A stretch of 60,750 nt of DNA, the filler included. It is 5 parts of 5 records of this genome, joined end to end, with 100 filler letters (N's around TTAATTAATTAA, not from the genome) between each part and the next. Parts side by side here need not be neighbours in the genome. Positions count along the whole stretch, not along the records: positions 11,464 to 38,972 come from SRR31156797_14101; 4 more parts are not named here. The stretch is one strand, 5' to 3'. A model generated the notes under the pieces. That model ran no database searches. It was not told the origin of the DNA and worked only from the letters and a program-made list of their open reading frames with translations. Of the stretch, positions 18,577-29,455 are shown in pieces (position 1 is the stretch's first letter; the number at the start of each line of letters is the position of its first letter). The translations under genes and the position numbers were made by a program.

Positions 18577-20430
18577 TCAACTGCAAGGCAATGTAACGGA
18601 AATAATCGTTCGATCTACTTCATCCGATGTTTCCATATAAATCTCGCCACCGACAGTTTTGACCACAAGACTAACAGAATACGTCCCGAGTCCGGTCCCG
18701 GTGTTCTTGCCTGATGTGGCATATTTATCAAAGAAAATCTCACGGATATCCGCTGGGACTACCCCGGCATTACTCATAATCATCTGCATCGCACCCATCT
18801 CACACTTGCCTATTTCAAGAAGGACCGTCTCACCAGAAGGGGATGCTTCAATGGCATTCTTTAACAAATTGGCAAGCATTGATTCATACAAAATATCCTG
18901 CCCCAGAACCACCAAGCTTGCTTTTTTCAAGTCCGAACCGTCATCAAACCGAACATCAACGGTCACACTCAACCCTCCAGCCATATCCTCCAATTCATTC
19001 AAGACATTCTTGACCACGTCAACAAAATCCACATGGGATGGAGTATACGCGTATGATCCAGCCTCCATTTTGTAGATCATCATACTCATGCCAACCATAC
19101 GTAAAACTTTTCGCCCCTGCTGTTCGATAGTTTCCAAAATATCCCGAATTTCTCCCTGAACGCCATCCTCATCCATAAGCAGGACTTTACACGCACTAAT
19201 CACACCAATAATAGGTGCTTTGAGGTCATGAGCAACAATTCGGTCCACATCTTCCTTGAGATGCTCCAACCGTTTTTGTTCTGAGATATCCACAAAGGCT
19301 TCCAGCAAACACACCGTATTATCCAATGTTACACGAGAAACGGATTTGAGAACATGCAGACTGTCTCCACTTTTCGTCCGTATTACCCGCTCGCCGCTGG
19401 CAACAGCTTCTCCCTCATCAAGGGCAGGACAAAGTCCTTTGTCCTGCTGGCAAAGGAATTCACAACACCGGTGATTGACAAGGCTCTCCCGATTATATCC
19501 TGTCATGGTCAGCATCGCAGCGTTGACATCAACAACTTCCCGCGTCTTTTCGTCAAGAAGAGTCAAACCGATGGGCATTGTGTCCATAATCGCCTTCATC
19601 CGCCGTTCACTGCTGGCAAGAAGATCTTCGGCAGCCCTGCGCTCGGTAATGTCTTCGGCAAAACAATAGAAATAATAGTTTACGCCATCCCGATCTTCCA
19701 CTGTCGTAAAATCCATTCGCGCCAGAATAATGGTCCCATCCTTGCGCTGTAAACGGGCTTCATAATTCAGGACAACACTTTCAGCACGAAGCGCGGCAAG
19801 CATCTCTTCTGCTTCTGTACGGTAGGGCCACATCATAAACGGATCACCAAGTTCTCTGACCAGATCAGACAACTCTTCGAACGATTCATAACCCAACATC
19901 TTGGCAAAAGCCGTGTTCCATTCTACAAGATTTCCCCCGATAATCCCGTGAACAATGGGAACGGGAGCTTTTTCATACAACATCATCCTTCGTTCTTCAG
20001 CGATGAGCAATCCTGCTTCAGCCGCCCGGCGCTTGCGTGTTTCGCGCTCCAATGCACGCGTCAATTCAACATGTTCATGCCCGAGGGCATCCTTATCTTT
20101 TTCCAAACAATCATGAATTGTTTCCATTGTTTGAAGAGTTGGAAGCCATAACCACAGGCCCACAGCCACCAAAACATACCCACCAAGATATCCGACTATT
20201 TTTTCAAGAAAAGCCTGAACCGGCGTATCCCCACCAATCACAGTCCAATTCAAACTTTCAAAATTATCCGTGATGTCCATAAAAGAGCCAAACAGGACGA
20301 GCAAAAAACCAATCTTAATAAAAAGATACCCGCGACGACCATGTTCGACATCCTTGTCAGCACGAATAAAAAACACCAAAATGCCCGCAAGGACAATGGT
20401 TCGCAATGATTCGAGAACAACATCAAACAT
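18577..20430 (-). CDS. Membrane PAS-domain sensor histidine kinase
   Basis: N-terminal TM helices, two PAS domains, H-box HDLKAP, N-box NLLKNAIEA and G-box GTGLG. GGAGG RBS before ATG 20430. Confidence 0.9.
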   Translation of the reverse strand: MFDVVLESLRTIVLAGILVFFIRADKDVEHGRRGYLFIKIGFLLVLFGSFMDITDNFESLNWTVIGGDTPVQAFLEKIVGYLGGYVLVAVGLWLWLPTLQTMETIHDCLEKDKDALGHEHVELTRALERETRKRRAAEAGLLIAEERRMMLYEKAPVPIVHGIIGGNLVEWNTAFAKMLGYESFEELSDLVRELGDPFMMWPYRTEAEEMLAALRAESVVLNYEARLQRKDGTIILARMDFTTVEDRDGVNYYFYCFAEDITERRAAEDLLASSERRMKAIMDTMPIGLTLLDEKTREVVDVNAAMLTMTGYNRESLVNHRCCEFLCQQDKGLCPALDEGEAVASGERVIRTKSGDSLHVLKSVSRVTLDNTVCLLEAFVDISEQKRLEHLKEDVDRIVAHDLKAPIIGVISACKVLLMDEDGVQGEIRDILETIEQQGRKVLRMVGMSMMIYKMEAGSYAYTPSHVDFVDVVKNVLNELEDMAGGLSVTVDVRFDDGSDLKKASLVVLGQDILYESMLANLLKNAIEASPSGETVLLEIGKCEMGAMQMIMSNAGVVPADIREIFFDKYATSGKNTGTGLGTYSVSLVVKTVGGEIYMETSDEVDRTIISVTLPCS

Positions 20431-20637
20431 AATGGAGACCTCCAGAGAATCACAGCCAACCCTACACATAAGATCGCGTTTAATCCAATTATTTACTCAG
20501 CGTTAGCCCATCTTCTCCTTGCATAAACAGGACATGGATTGTAGCACCACATAGACCATCCCCTTGACAGTCGCCTCTCAGTTCTTAATAAACTCCCATA
20601 GATTTTGATTTCTACACTTCAAGGGATACGATATATC

Positions 20638-21603
20638 ATGGCATACAAATACGTCTTCGGACCGGTCATGAGTGGACGACTGGGCCGCTCTCTCGGACTC
20701 GACTTGCTTGGAAACAGAATATGCTCCATGGACTGTGTCTACTGTGAAGTGGGAGCCACCAGAAACCTGACCATCGAACGAAAACCATATGTCCCCGCTG
20801 CCGCCATTCTTAAAGAGTTGGCCGCATGGAAAGACGAAGGGTTAGCCTCGCCGGACATGGTGACTCTGGGGGGATTGGGAGAACCGATTCTGAACTCCGA
20901 GATGGCTGACGTTATCATTGGGGCTCGAAAAATTTTCCCGGATACGGACATTGCAGTGTTGACCAACGCCAGCCTCATAGGCAACCCGGAAGTACGTAGG
21001 GAACTCGCTTTGGCCGATGTTGTCCTCCCCAGTCTGGACTCTCTGATTGAAGACGAATTCACCAGAGTGAATCGTCCTTGTAAAGGATTTTCGCCTTCCG
21101 GCATCGCCGAAGGGCTGCTTGAATTCAAAAAAGAATTCAAGGGAAAGATATTTTTGGAAATTTTGCTTGCCGAAGGAATTAACGATACCGACGAGAACCT
21201 TGGCAGGTTAAAGGATTTTTGCAAACGACTTGCTCCCGACCGGGTGGACGTGGTCACGCTGACCCGTCCTGGAACGGTCAAGGGAGTCCGCCCCGTGGAC
21301 GGGGAGGTCCTAAGTCGTTGGCGCATGGCGCTTGAGAGTGGAAAAGTCAGCGTACACACGCAACCGGTGACCGACAGGAAAGCGATGAGCACGGAGCATG
21401 TAACAGACTTCGTCAGCGCATCCCTGACCCGCAGGCCACAGACCCTCTCACAACTGGCACAGGCCCTTAACGCAGACCCTAAACAGGTCAATGCGGCCGT
21501 GGAAGCCCTTTTGAAAAAGGGCGAAATCACCCCCCGGGATGACCGGGGTGAAACATATTACCACGGCACAAGGCATGTCCTTGAAGACACAAAGGCACCA
21601 TGA
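20638..21603 (+). CDS. Radical SAM protein (COG0731-like) with C-terminal wHTH-like segment
   Basis: FGPV.S.RLGRSLG, CSMDCVYC (CxxxCxxC) and GEP. Confidence 0.88.
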   Translation: MAYKYVFGPVMSGRLGRSLGLDLLGNRICSMDCVYCEVGATRNLTIERKPYVPAAAILKELAAWKDEGLASPDMVTLGGLGEPILNSEMADVIIGARKIFPDTDIAVLTNASLIGNPEVRRELALADVVLPSLDSLIEDEFTRVNRPCKGFSPSGIAEGLLEFKKEFKGKIFLEILLAEGINDTDENLGRLKDFCKRLAPDRVDVVTLTRPGTVKGVRPVDGEVLSRWRMALESGKVSVHTQPVTDRKAMSTEHVTDFVSASLTRRPQTLSQLAQALNADPKQVNAAVEALLKKGEITPRDDRGETYYHGTRHVLEDTKAP

Positions 21604-21636
21604 GACAAACCACACATTTCTCGTTATGAGGTTATC

Positions 21637-23106
21637 ATGCCCAACAAAAAGAAACGACAGAAGATGTTCATATCTGTCCTCCCCGGAGAACAGGTTGAAG
21701 TAGTCATTGCCGAAGAAGGCAAAGTCAACGAATACTATGTGGAGATGGTGCACCAGGCAAAGACCAAGGGCAACATCTACAAAGGCTACATTCACAACAT
21801 AGACAACGGACTTCAGGCCGCGTTCATCAACTACGGAGCCGAACGCAATGGTTTTCTCCAGATCGACGAAGTCCATCCCGAATACTACACGGGCAACTTC
21901 ACCCAGAAGAAAGGCGCGCGCTATCCGCTCATGCAGAAAGTGCTCAAGGCCGGACAGGAAGTGCTTGTTCAGGTGGTCAAAGAACCCACTGGCAAAAAAG
22001 GGGCTTTTCTCACATCCTATCTTTCCTTACCCGGACGTAGCTTCGTCTACACTGTGGGGCGCTCCCAAATGGGTGTTTCCCGCAAAATCGAAAATGAAAA
22101 AGAACGGGCGCGCCTGAAAAAAGCCCTTGAATCCTTTGAAACCACCGAAGGTGTGGGACTCATCGCCCGAACAGCCGCCGTGGGACAATCCAAGGCAGCA
22201 CTTGAACGAGACTTTAAATATTTGAATAGACTCTGGACGGATATCCGCTCCAATGCTCAAAAAGAAAAAGCTCCGGTCATTGTCTACAAGGAATTGGGAC
22301 TGGCCGCCCGCGCCGTACGCGACTACCTGACTTCTGATGTCACCGAGGTCTGGGTTGACGACAAGGAAACCTACGACCAAATCAGCAAATTCGTAAAACT
22401 CGCCTTCCCGCGTAAAAACAATCTGGTTCGTCTGCATGACGAAAACGATCTTTCCCTGCTGGAACGATTCAACCTCGTAAAACAGGTGGAAGAAATTTAT
22501 TCCCGCGAAGCATCTATGCCGTCCGGTGGACGTCTGGTTTTCGATACCACAGAAGCCCTGACAGCCGTGGATATCAACTCCGGGAAAATAGGTGGGGAAC
22601 GAAACTTTCAAAAAATGGCCCTCAAGACGAATGTCGAAGCCGCTAAGGAAATCGCCCGCCAGCTCAGACTGCGCGACATCGGTGGTCAGGTGGTTATCGA
22701 CTTCATCGAGATGAAAAACCCCAAAGACTGTCGCGAAGTGGAAAAAGTCATGCGTGCCGAACTCAAAAATGATCGTGCCCGCACCGACGTCAGCCGCATT
22801 TCCTCTTTCGGACTCATGGAGCTGGTTCGCCAACGTCTCGGGTCCTCGGCCATTGCCATCTCCACTGAAGCATGTCCCTGCTGTAAAGGCACCGGCATAC
22901 GACGCAATATGGAATGGCAGGCCCTTCAGGCCCTCAAGGAAATCCATCGGGATATTCGTAAACCCGGCATGGAGCGGGTCGAGCACGACTGCGAAGAAGA
23001 ACTTGCCATCTACCTGCTCAACACCAAACGCGGCATCCTGACCGACCTGGAAAACAGATACGGTAAAGAAATCCATATTGACCTTGAATATGAATACGAC
23101 GATTAA
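21637..23106 (+). CDS. rne: Ribonuclease E/G family (catalytic domain only)
   Basis: S1 domain GNIYKG, QVVKEP.G.KGA, DINSG, LRLRDIGG..IDFI and Zn-link CPCCKG. Confidence 0.92.
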   Translation: MPNKKKRQKMFISVLPGEQVEVVIAEEGKVNEYYVEMVHQAKTKGNIYKGYIHNIDNGLQAAFINYGAERNGFLQIDEVHPEYYTGNFTQKKGARYPLMQKVLKAGQEVLVQVVKEPTGKKGAFLTSYLSLPGRSFVYTVGRSQMGVSRKIENEKERARLKKALESFETTEGVGLIARTAAVGQSKAALERDFKYLNRLWTDIRSNAQKEKAPVIVYKELGLAARAVRDYLTSDVTEVWVDDKETYDQISKFVKLAFPRKNNLVRLHDENDLSLLERFNLVKQVEEIYSREASMPSGGRLVFDTTEALTAVDINSGKIGGERNFQKMALKTNVEAAKEIARQLRLRDIGGQVVIDFIEMKNPKDCREVEKVMRAELKNDRARTDVSRISSFGLMELVRQRLGSSAIAISTEACPCCKGTGIRRNMEWQALQALKEIHRDIRKPGMERVEHDCEEELAIYLLNTKRGILTDLENRYGKEIHIDLEYEYDD

Positions 23107-23126
23107 AATTCCTTTTCACCAATCAT

Positions 23127-23166
23127 AAAAAAGCGGCCCGAAGCACATGCTTCGGGCCGCTTTTTT
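23127..23166. terminator. Bidirectional intrinsic terminator
   Basis: A6-GCGGCCCGAAGC-acat-GCTTCGGGCCGC-T6 between convergent genes. Confidence 0.9.
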
Positions 23167-23243
23167 ATTCTTCATCAGCAAGAACTTATTCCACCTCCCT
23201 GCGCCTGTAAAAGGACAAGGAGACCATTCTCACGAATTAAAAG

Positions 23244-25169
23244 TTACTGCACTGCGGGGATGGTAAAAATAAAGGAGGACCCAACTCCGACCTCGGACTC
23301 GACCCATATACGACCACCATAATGTTCGACGATCTCTCGGCAGATGGTTAAACCAAGCCCCGTTCCTTGAGGCTTGTTGACCATGGTGTCTGAACGCGTC
23401 TGGTGAAACTTTTCAAATATCTGGGCCTGATCTTCAGCGTGAATACCTGTTCCGGTATCAACCACTTCCACTCGAATCTGACCAAAACGAGGAAGGGCTC
23501 GCAAGGTAACTGTGCCTTGTTCCGTAAATTTCGCGGCATTGTTCAGAAGGTTGATAAGTATCTGTTGAATACGATCCGGGTCCGCGACAACTGCTGGCAA
23601 ATCAGCTTCAATCTCAGTAACAAGACTCAAGGTCGTCTGGGTAAACATTCCGCTGACCGAGTTGGCTGCCACATCGATAACCTCATTCATATCCAACCGC
23701 TCATCACGCCACCCCATGGAGCCGGACTCAATTTTGTTAAGGTCGAGTACGTCATTGATGAGTCGAGTCAGGCGTTCACCTTCATGACTGATAATATTAA
23801 GATTACTCTGGATACGCTCACCCTTTCTGACCAGTCTCCCTTCTTTGACAAGCGGCATGAAATTCTTTGAGAATTCTTTATTCAGCAACTTGGCAAACCC
23901 AAGTATGGACGTCAAAGGGGTCCGCAATTCATGGGACACCGACGACAGGAAAGAGGACTTCATCTCATCCAATTCCCGCAACCGTTGGTTGGCTTCTTCC
24001 AGTTCGCTGGCCTTGTTCACCAGATCTTCGGTACGGTCACGGACCAATTGTTCCAAGTGCCGATTAAGATCTGCCAAATCCTGCTCGGCCTGTTTACGAT
24101 CAGAAATATCTTCAAGAATACCATCGATAAAAACAAATGTGCCGAATTCATCATAAATAGCACGAGCGTTGAGAGACCCCCACATGGTCTTTCCGTCACG
24201 ACGATAATACTCTGCTTCAAACCGCTTGACCTCGTCGTCGGTCCGCACCTTGTCAAAAAAATCCTGCATGTGCTCCGAATTCACCATGATCCGAGAGCTC
24301 AGACTCCGCACATTGGAGAGGAATTCATCAAGGGAGTCATAACCGAAAAGACGAGCCATGGCAGGGTTTGCCCTGCGCAATACTCCATCTGGGGTGGCCT
24401 GGAAAATACCTTCCACGGCATTTTCAAAGATGCTGCGATATTTTTCCTCAGCCTCCTGCAAAGTCTTGTTCATGGCTTGCAGTTTGTTCTCACGGCCTTC
24501 GATCTCAATGGACATACGCCGAAATCGCTTGGCAATCTCCAAAAGTTCTGCATGGTAGACTTCACCGAAATCATATGAAAAATCCCCCTTGGCGACACGG
24601 GCAATACCGGACTGAAGAACCATGAGGGGCTTGTTCAAAAATACGCGCAAAAGCAGGCCTGTGATGGCAAGGATGACAGAGATGGACACGACAATAATGA
24701 TAATGGAAACAAGCATCTGTTCATCAAGACGCTTTTTGTCACGTGCCAGCGTAAAATCTATCTCGGCCCGGCCAATGGTTCTCCCTTCGAACACGATGGA
24801 CCGGACCTTGCTAAAATCCGCTTGAAAACCAGAGAATTTTTCATGCGCAAATACGACCTCATTACGAGAACCGTAAATACGAATACCCTGCACCATGTCG
24901 TCGTGTGTATACACCGATCCAATAAGTCGGGCGTTATCATAATCAAGATTCCAGATGGGAACGGCCAAGATTTCGGCCACGCTGGTGATGGTATCTTCAC
25001 CTTTTTCTTCGGCAGTGGTCCACATTTCCTGGGACTGTTGCCAATAAATATAACTTCCCATAGCCGTAGCTATGATCATGACGATAACCACAAGACTGAA
25101 GGTCAAGTCGCGCGAGATCGACCGACTTGTCATAAGGGGCTTGGTTTTTTTGGATTTATATACGTTCAT
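23244..25169 (-). CDS. HAMP-PAS sensor histidine kinase
   Basis: Two TM helices, HAMP, PAS, SHELRTPL, NLLNNAAKF and GTGLGL. Confidence 0.92.
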   Translation of the reverse strand: MNVYKSKKTKPLMTSRSISRDLTFSLVVIVMIIATAMGSYIYWQQSQEMWTTAEEKGEDTITSVAEILAVPIWNLDYDNARLIGSVYTHDDMVQGIRIYGSRNEVVFAHEKFSGFQADFSKVRSIVFEGRTIGRAEIDFTLARDKKRLDEQMLVSIIIIVVSISVILAITGLLLRVFLNKPLMVLQSGIARVAKGDFSYDFGEVYHAELLEIAKRFRRMSIEIEGRENKLQAMNKTLQEAEEKYRSIFENAVEGIFQATPDGVLRRANPAMARLFGYDSLDEFLSNVRSLSSRIMVNSEHMQDFFDKVRTDDEVKRFEAEYYRRDGKTMWGSLNARAIYDEFGTFVFIDGILEDISDRKQAEQDLADLNRHLEQLVRDRTEDLVNKASELEEANQRLRELDEMKSSFLSSVSHELRTPLTSILGFAKLLNKEFSKNFMPLVKEGRLVRKGERIQSNLNIISHEGERLTRLINDVLDLNKIESGSMGWRDERLDMNEVIDVAANSVSGMFTQTTLSLVTEIEADLPAVVADPDRIQQILINLLNNAAKFTEQGTVTLRALPRFGQIRVEVVDTGTGIHAEDQAQIFEKFHQTRSDTMVNKPQGTGLGLTICREIVEHYGGRIWVESEVGVGSSFIFTIPAVQ

Positions 25170-25264
25170 GAGTATTATTGAGGGTGAGCATATTCTCGGG
25201 CATCCCCTAGGACTCTACCATCAACTATTACCCTTACATAAGTCGGGACAACCTGTCATCCGTG

Positions 25265-26035
25265 TTATAATAAATACTTGGCCCGAATACGAGCAACCGT
25301 GCCATTCTCCATAAGTCGCTGAAGGGCTCTTTTAATTTCCTTAACCAAGCTCAAGGGAGCCTTTCGGGAGACGTACACCGTGACTGGAGCCTGTGAAACA
25401 ACCAATGGCTTCGCAAAAACCACCTGCGGCAATTTGTTCTCATTCATCGTATATATAAGTCCCAACCGAGGACCGAGGACCGCATCGACACGCCCCCCCA
25501 TCAACATTTTAAGGCATTGTAAATACGTTTTGGCAGGACAGGGAATTACTCCATTTTCCTTGGAGATACGAGCATCATACCGGGCACCTCGAATTGAGGC
25601 GACCTTTTTACCCACAAGATCTTCCAAAGAGAAGTACTCTTTACCAGCCAGGCTGATAACTATCGACTCTTCATGAAACAACAGGCCCATATTTATACCT
25701 ACAGCTTCGGCTTCTGGCGAAGCGAGCAGAATAAACATATCAGCCCGACCCATTTTCATCTCTTCAAACCCGCGATGCAGACGGCCTTCAATATTTTTCG
25801 CGACCAGCCCAGCCTCTTCTGCTATTGCGTTCCCGATGTCACCGCAAAGGCCTATGGTTTTGCCTTCGTCCTGATACCAGTATGGCGGCAAATCAAACGT
25901 CACAATGCGCAAATCCTTCGCCTGCGCAACGGAAATGAGCAAAAATGAAGCGCTAAAAAAGAAATAAAGAAAACCTTTTTTCAACAGAGGATTTTCCACA
26001 TCAAACCCTTTTTTGTTGGCAGTATCACATAACAA
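25265..26035 (-). CDS. Periplasmic substrate-binding protein, family 3
   Basis: Signal-peptide-like segment, PPY...G...D, LMGGRVDA and L.ENGT...I..KY. True start is probably downstream of 26035. Confidence 0.75.
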   Translation of the reverse strand: MLCDTANKKGFDVENPLLKKGFLYFFFSASFLLISVAQAKDLRIVTFDLPPYWYQDEGKTIGLCGDIGNAIAEEAGLVAKNIEGRLHRGFEEMKMGRADMFILLASPEAEAVGINMGLLFHEESIVISLAGKEYFSLEDLVGKKVASIRGARYDARISKENGVIPCPAKTYLQCLKMLMGGRVDAVLGPRLGLIYTMNENKLPQVVFAKPLVVSQAPVTVYVSRKAPLSLVKEIKRALQRLMENGTVARIRAKYLL

Positions 26036-26112
26036 GCATTTCCTCTGTTATAAAGAAATGCAAATCGATCTTGCCATCTCTCCCCCCCTCAATTAGTTAC
26101 GAGCCAATCGAC

Positions 26113-27552
26113 ATGCTCAAAAAATTATACGCCATATGCCTGTTGGTCATGCTTGCGCTGCTTTTGACGCCGAGCCAAGGCCGTTGCCACCCTCACGTAT
26201 TCGTGGACACCTCACTCACATTTCTCATAGACGACTCGGGACTCACCGGTGTCCGTGAACATTGGCTTTTTGACGAGATCTTTACCCAAGCGATTCTCAG
26301 TGATCTCGGTATTGATGCAGACAGCCTGCCAACGACTCTCGGCCAAGCAAAAATCCGTGACGGAGCCTTTGCCTACCTCGTTAACTTCGGTTATTTCACA
26401 CTCATCGAATCCGAGGGGAAACGCATCCCCGTTACCAAAACCAAGGAATTCCGTGCTTCGTTGGAAAACGGTCGTCTGGTATACGACTTTCTTGTCCCTC
26501 TGGACCTGCCCTTTGAACACATCAAGAATTTTCGCATGGCCGTGTTCGACGAAGAATATTATTCGGATGTCGTGCTGGTCAAAGATAACATTTCTTTCGA
26601 GATAGACGGCATGGCTCAGGTCAGCCACACCTTCAGACCGGCAAAAGACCATACATACTGGAAATTCATCGTTCCAGAAGCCGTTCACCTGTCAATCTCC
26701 AGCTCTCCGTCAACCGCACCGGCACCTGAAGCCGCTCCACTTGAAGAAATCGAAGGCCCCGGTCCCATCGAACGGTTGATGACATTCGTTCGCTCCACGC
26801 AAAAACAACTGACGCAACGCCTTAACGGGTTCGGTATGCAGCTCAAGGATAATCCATTCGGGCCTGCCTTATGGATGTTCCTCGGCCTTTCATTCCTCTA
26901 CGGCATTGTCCACGCCGTTGGTCCCGGCCATGGTAAAGCCGTTGTCTGTTCTTATTTTTTGAGCAACCCGGGGTCCTTGATGAACGGTGCTCTCATGGGA
27001 AATGCCATTACTTTTGTCCATATGGGTTCCGCAGCCGTAGCCGTCGGTGCGGCCTATCTGATCTTTTCCTCTGGCATGGGAGGCTTCGCTGCTGCCAGTC
27101 GTGCCCTGCAACCAGCCAGCTATGCACTCCTTGCGCTCATGGGACTTTTCCTGTTGGTCAAGGCCATTCGTGACATCCTCAAGGGTGGCATGCTCGCGGA
27201 CCCATCATGTGGTCACAGTCACGACGAGCCAGAGGGCGGAGATCTCAAATCCATTCTGTCTGTCTCTTTCATCACCGGCCTCGTGCCATGCCCAGGCGCA
27301 GCCGTAATTCTTGCCTTTGCCATCGGGTTAAATATTTTCTGGATAGGCATGCTCGCTTTGATCTGCATGGCGGCCGGCATGGGGTTGACCACCACTTTAT
27401 TCGCTTGGGTCGCTGTAACCGCCCGGTCTGCCACTCTCAATTTTTCCGGCAAAAACAGAAAAGTTTTCAACCTGCTTTACGCGGGCTTATCCATTTGCGG
27501 GGCCGGTGCGATCGCCTTATTCGGTTCAGCCCTCTTTTTCGGCAGTCTATAG
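26113..27552 (+). CDS. DUF1007 periplasmic domain fused to an RcnA/NiCoT-type metal permease
   Basis: Signal peptide, HPHVFVD...W.FDE (DUF1007), then YGIVHAVGPGHGKAV, CGHSHD and GLVPCPGA. Confidence 0.85.
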   Translation: MLKKLYAICLLVMLALLLTPSQGRCHPHVFVDTSLTFLIDDSGLTGVREHWLFDEIFTQAILSDLGIDADSLPTTLGQAKIRDGAFAYLVNFGYFTLIESEGKRIPVTKTKEFRASLENGRLVYDFLVPLDLPFEHIKNFRMAVFDEEYYSDVVLVKDNISFEIDGMAQVSHTFRPAKDHTYWKFIVPEAVHLSISSSPSTAPAPEAAPLEEIEGPGPIERLMTFVRSTQKQLTQRLNGFGMQLKDNPFGPALWMFLGLSFLYGIVHAVGPGHGKAVVCSYFLSNPGSLMNGALMGNAITFVHMGSAAVAVGAAYLIFSSGMGGFAAASRALQPASYALLALMGLFLLVKAIRDILKGGMLADPSCGHSHDEPEGGDLKSILSVSFITGLVPCPGAAVILAFAIGLNIFWIGMLALICMAAGMGLTTTLFAWVAVTARSATLNFSGKNRKVFNLLYAGLSICGAGAIALFGSALFFGSL

Positions 27553-27677
27553 CAACATCTTCTCCACTCCCTGCGCCCAAACAGAAAACTTTTTTGCGTC
27601 CTTCTTTCCAAATTTACAAAAAATTATTGACAACATTTTTCACTTTTAGATAAAAACACCTTACCAAGTTTTCGAAA

Positions 27678-28184
27678 ATGAAAATATCCGACAAAATAGA
27701 TATGAAAAGCACTCTCGACACACAAGACAAGAAACTGGTGGCTGCGCTGACTCATGACGGACAACTGTCACCAGGGAAAATAGGTCAAGGAATGGGCGTC
27801 ACAGCGCCGACGGTGCGATCTCGCATGAAAAACCTGATTACGGCTGGAGCACTCAAAGTGGCCGGCCTGATAAACCCCATGGAAGCCAAAGGGTTGACCG
27901 TGGCTATGGTGGGTATCACGCTGCACAGTCATGAGCAGCTTGGAGAAAAACTGGAGCAAATCGGCTCCCTGCCGCGTGTCAACTGGTGTGCAGTGGTCAC
28001 TGGTCGTTACGACATCATTGTCGAAATCATCTGCACAGATGAAATGAGCGACCTCTACGACTTTCTCGATCAGGACCTGTCAAAGGTCGGCGGCGTCAAT
28101 TCCAGCGAATCCTTTGTCGTCATGAAATCCAAGCGCAAGTGGCTGCTACTGCCCGACGCTGTTGTCGACAGATTCAATAAATAA
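27678..28184 (+). CDS. Lrp/AsnC family regulator (AldR-like position)
   Basis: LD..DKKL...L..DG HTH and [11 protein letters not shown] domain. Directly upstream of ald. Confidence 0.88.
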   Translation: MKISDKIDMKSTLDTQDKKLVAALTHDGQLSPGKIGQGMGVTAPTVRSRMKNLITAGALKVAGLINPMEAKGLTVAMVGITLHSHEQLGEKLEQIGSLPRVNWCAVVTGRYDIIVEIICTDEMSDLYDFLDQDLSKVGGVNSSESFVVMKSKRKWLLLPDAVVDRFNK

Positions 28185-28236
28185 CCCCTTCTGCCGGGTA
28201 CGGCAGGACCGTTTTTTCAAAGGAGAGAGAGAAAAA

Positions 28237-29346
28237 ATGATTATCGGTATCCCCAAGGAAATCAAAACACTTGAGAATCGCGTTTCCATGACCCCCGGAG
28301 CCGTGGAGTCCCTGATTCGTCACGGTAACAAAGTGCTTGTCGAAGCTGGAGCCGGTCTCGGCAGTGGCCTGACCGACGCTGAATACGAGGCCGCAGGTGC
28401 TACCATGGTTTCCGCCGAGGAAGCGTGGGGCGCGGAAATGGTCATCAAGGTCAAGGAACCATTGGATTCTGAATTCAAGTATCTCCGCGAAGGCTTGATC
28501 CTGTTCACCTACCTGCATCTGGCTGCGGCCGAGTCCCTGACTCACGCCCTGCTGGAATCCGGCACCATCGGCATCGCTTATGAAACTGTGGAGTCCCCGG
28601 ACCACACCCTGCCGCTGCTCACCCCCATGTCCGAAGTGGCTGGCCGTATGGCAACACAGGTCGGCGCACACTACCTTGAAAAGACTCAGGGCGGCGAAGG
28701 GATTCTGCTCGGCGGCGTCCCCGGTGTGTATCCGGCAGAAGTCATGGTCATCGGTGGCGGCGTGGTCGGCACTAACGCGGCCCGTATTGCCATGGGCATG
28801 GGCGCTCGCGTGACCATTCTCGACCTATCCCATCAGCGTCTCCAGTATCTGGACGAAGTCTTCCAGGGTCGCATCACCACCATGATGTCTACCGAGCCGA
28901 ATATCCGTCAGATGATCACCAAGGCCGACCTTGTTGTCGGTGCTGTACTCATTCCCGGCGCAAAAGCTCCGAACCTTATCACCCGCGACATGCTTCCCCT
29001 CATGAAAAAGGGTTCCGTCATCGTTGACGTGGCCGTTGATCAGGGTGGTTGCGTCGAGACCATCAAAGCCACCACACACGATGACCCCACCTACATCGTG
29101 GACGGCGTAGTTCACTACGGCGTAGCAAATATGCCCGGCGCAGTCCCCCGCACCTCTACTTTCGCACTGGTCAATCAGACCACGCCGTACGCCCTGCGTC
29201 TGGCCGCAAAGGGTGTCGATGCCCTCAAGAACGATCCGGGTCTGGCCCTCGGCCTGAACACCTATAAGGGCAAGCTGACCTGTCCCGCAGTCGGCGAAGC
29301 CTTTGGCATGGAGTCCCAGACTCCTGAAGAAGCGCTCGGTATATAG
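28237..29346 (+). CDS. ald: Alanine dehydrogenase
   Basis: [39 protein letters not shown] and [15 protein letters not shown]. Confidence 0.97.
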   Translation: MIIGIPKEIKTLENRVSMTPGAVESLIRHGNKVLVEAGAGLGSGLTDAEYEAAGATMVSAEEAWGAEMVIKVKEPLDSEFKYLREGLILFTYLHLAAAESLTHALLESGTIGIAYETVESPDHTLPLLTPMSEVAGRMATQVGAHYLEKTQGGEGILLGGVPGVYPAEVMVIGGGVVGTNAARIAMGMGARVTILDLSHQRLQYLDEVFQGRITTMMSTEPNIRQMITKADLVVGAVLIPGAKAPNLITRDMLPLMKKGSVIVDVAVDQGGCVETIKATTHDDPTYIVDGVVHYGVANMPGAVPRTSTFALVNQTTPYALRLAAKGVDALKNDPGLALGLNTYKGKLTCPAVGEAFGMESQTPEEALGI

Positions 29347-29371
29347 CTCAAATCAAAGATTGATTTATTCC

Positions 29372-29409
29372 AAAGAGGCCTCGGTCAAATGACCAGGGCC
29401 TCTTTTTTT
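29372..29409 (+). terminator. Intrinsic terminator of ald
   Basis: AAAGAGGCC..GGTCA-aa-TGACC..GGCCTCTTT followed by a T-tract. Confidence 0.8.
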
Positions 29410-29450
29410 GCAGTTTGCAACAGGCTCGGATATGGTCCACCGACAAGGAG
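29408..29450 (+). promoter_or_regulatory. Putative sigma70 promoter and RBS for the DUF3088-like gene
   Basis: TTGCAG (29408-13), 17-nt spacer, TATGGT (29431-36), and AAGGAG at 29445-50. Confidence 0.55.
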
Positions 29451-29455
29451 CACGC

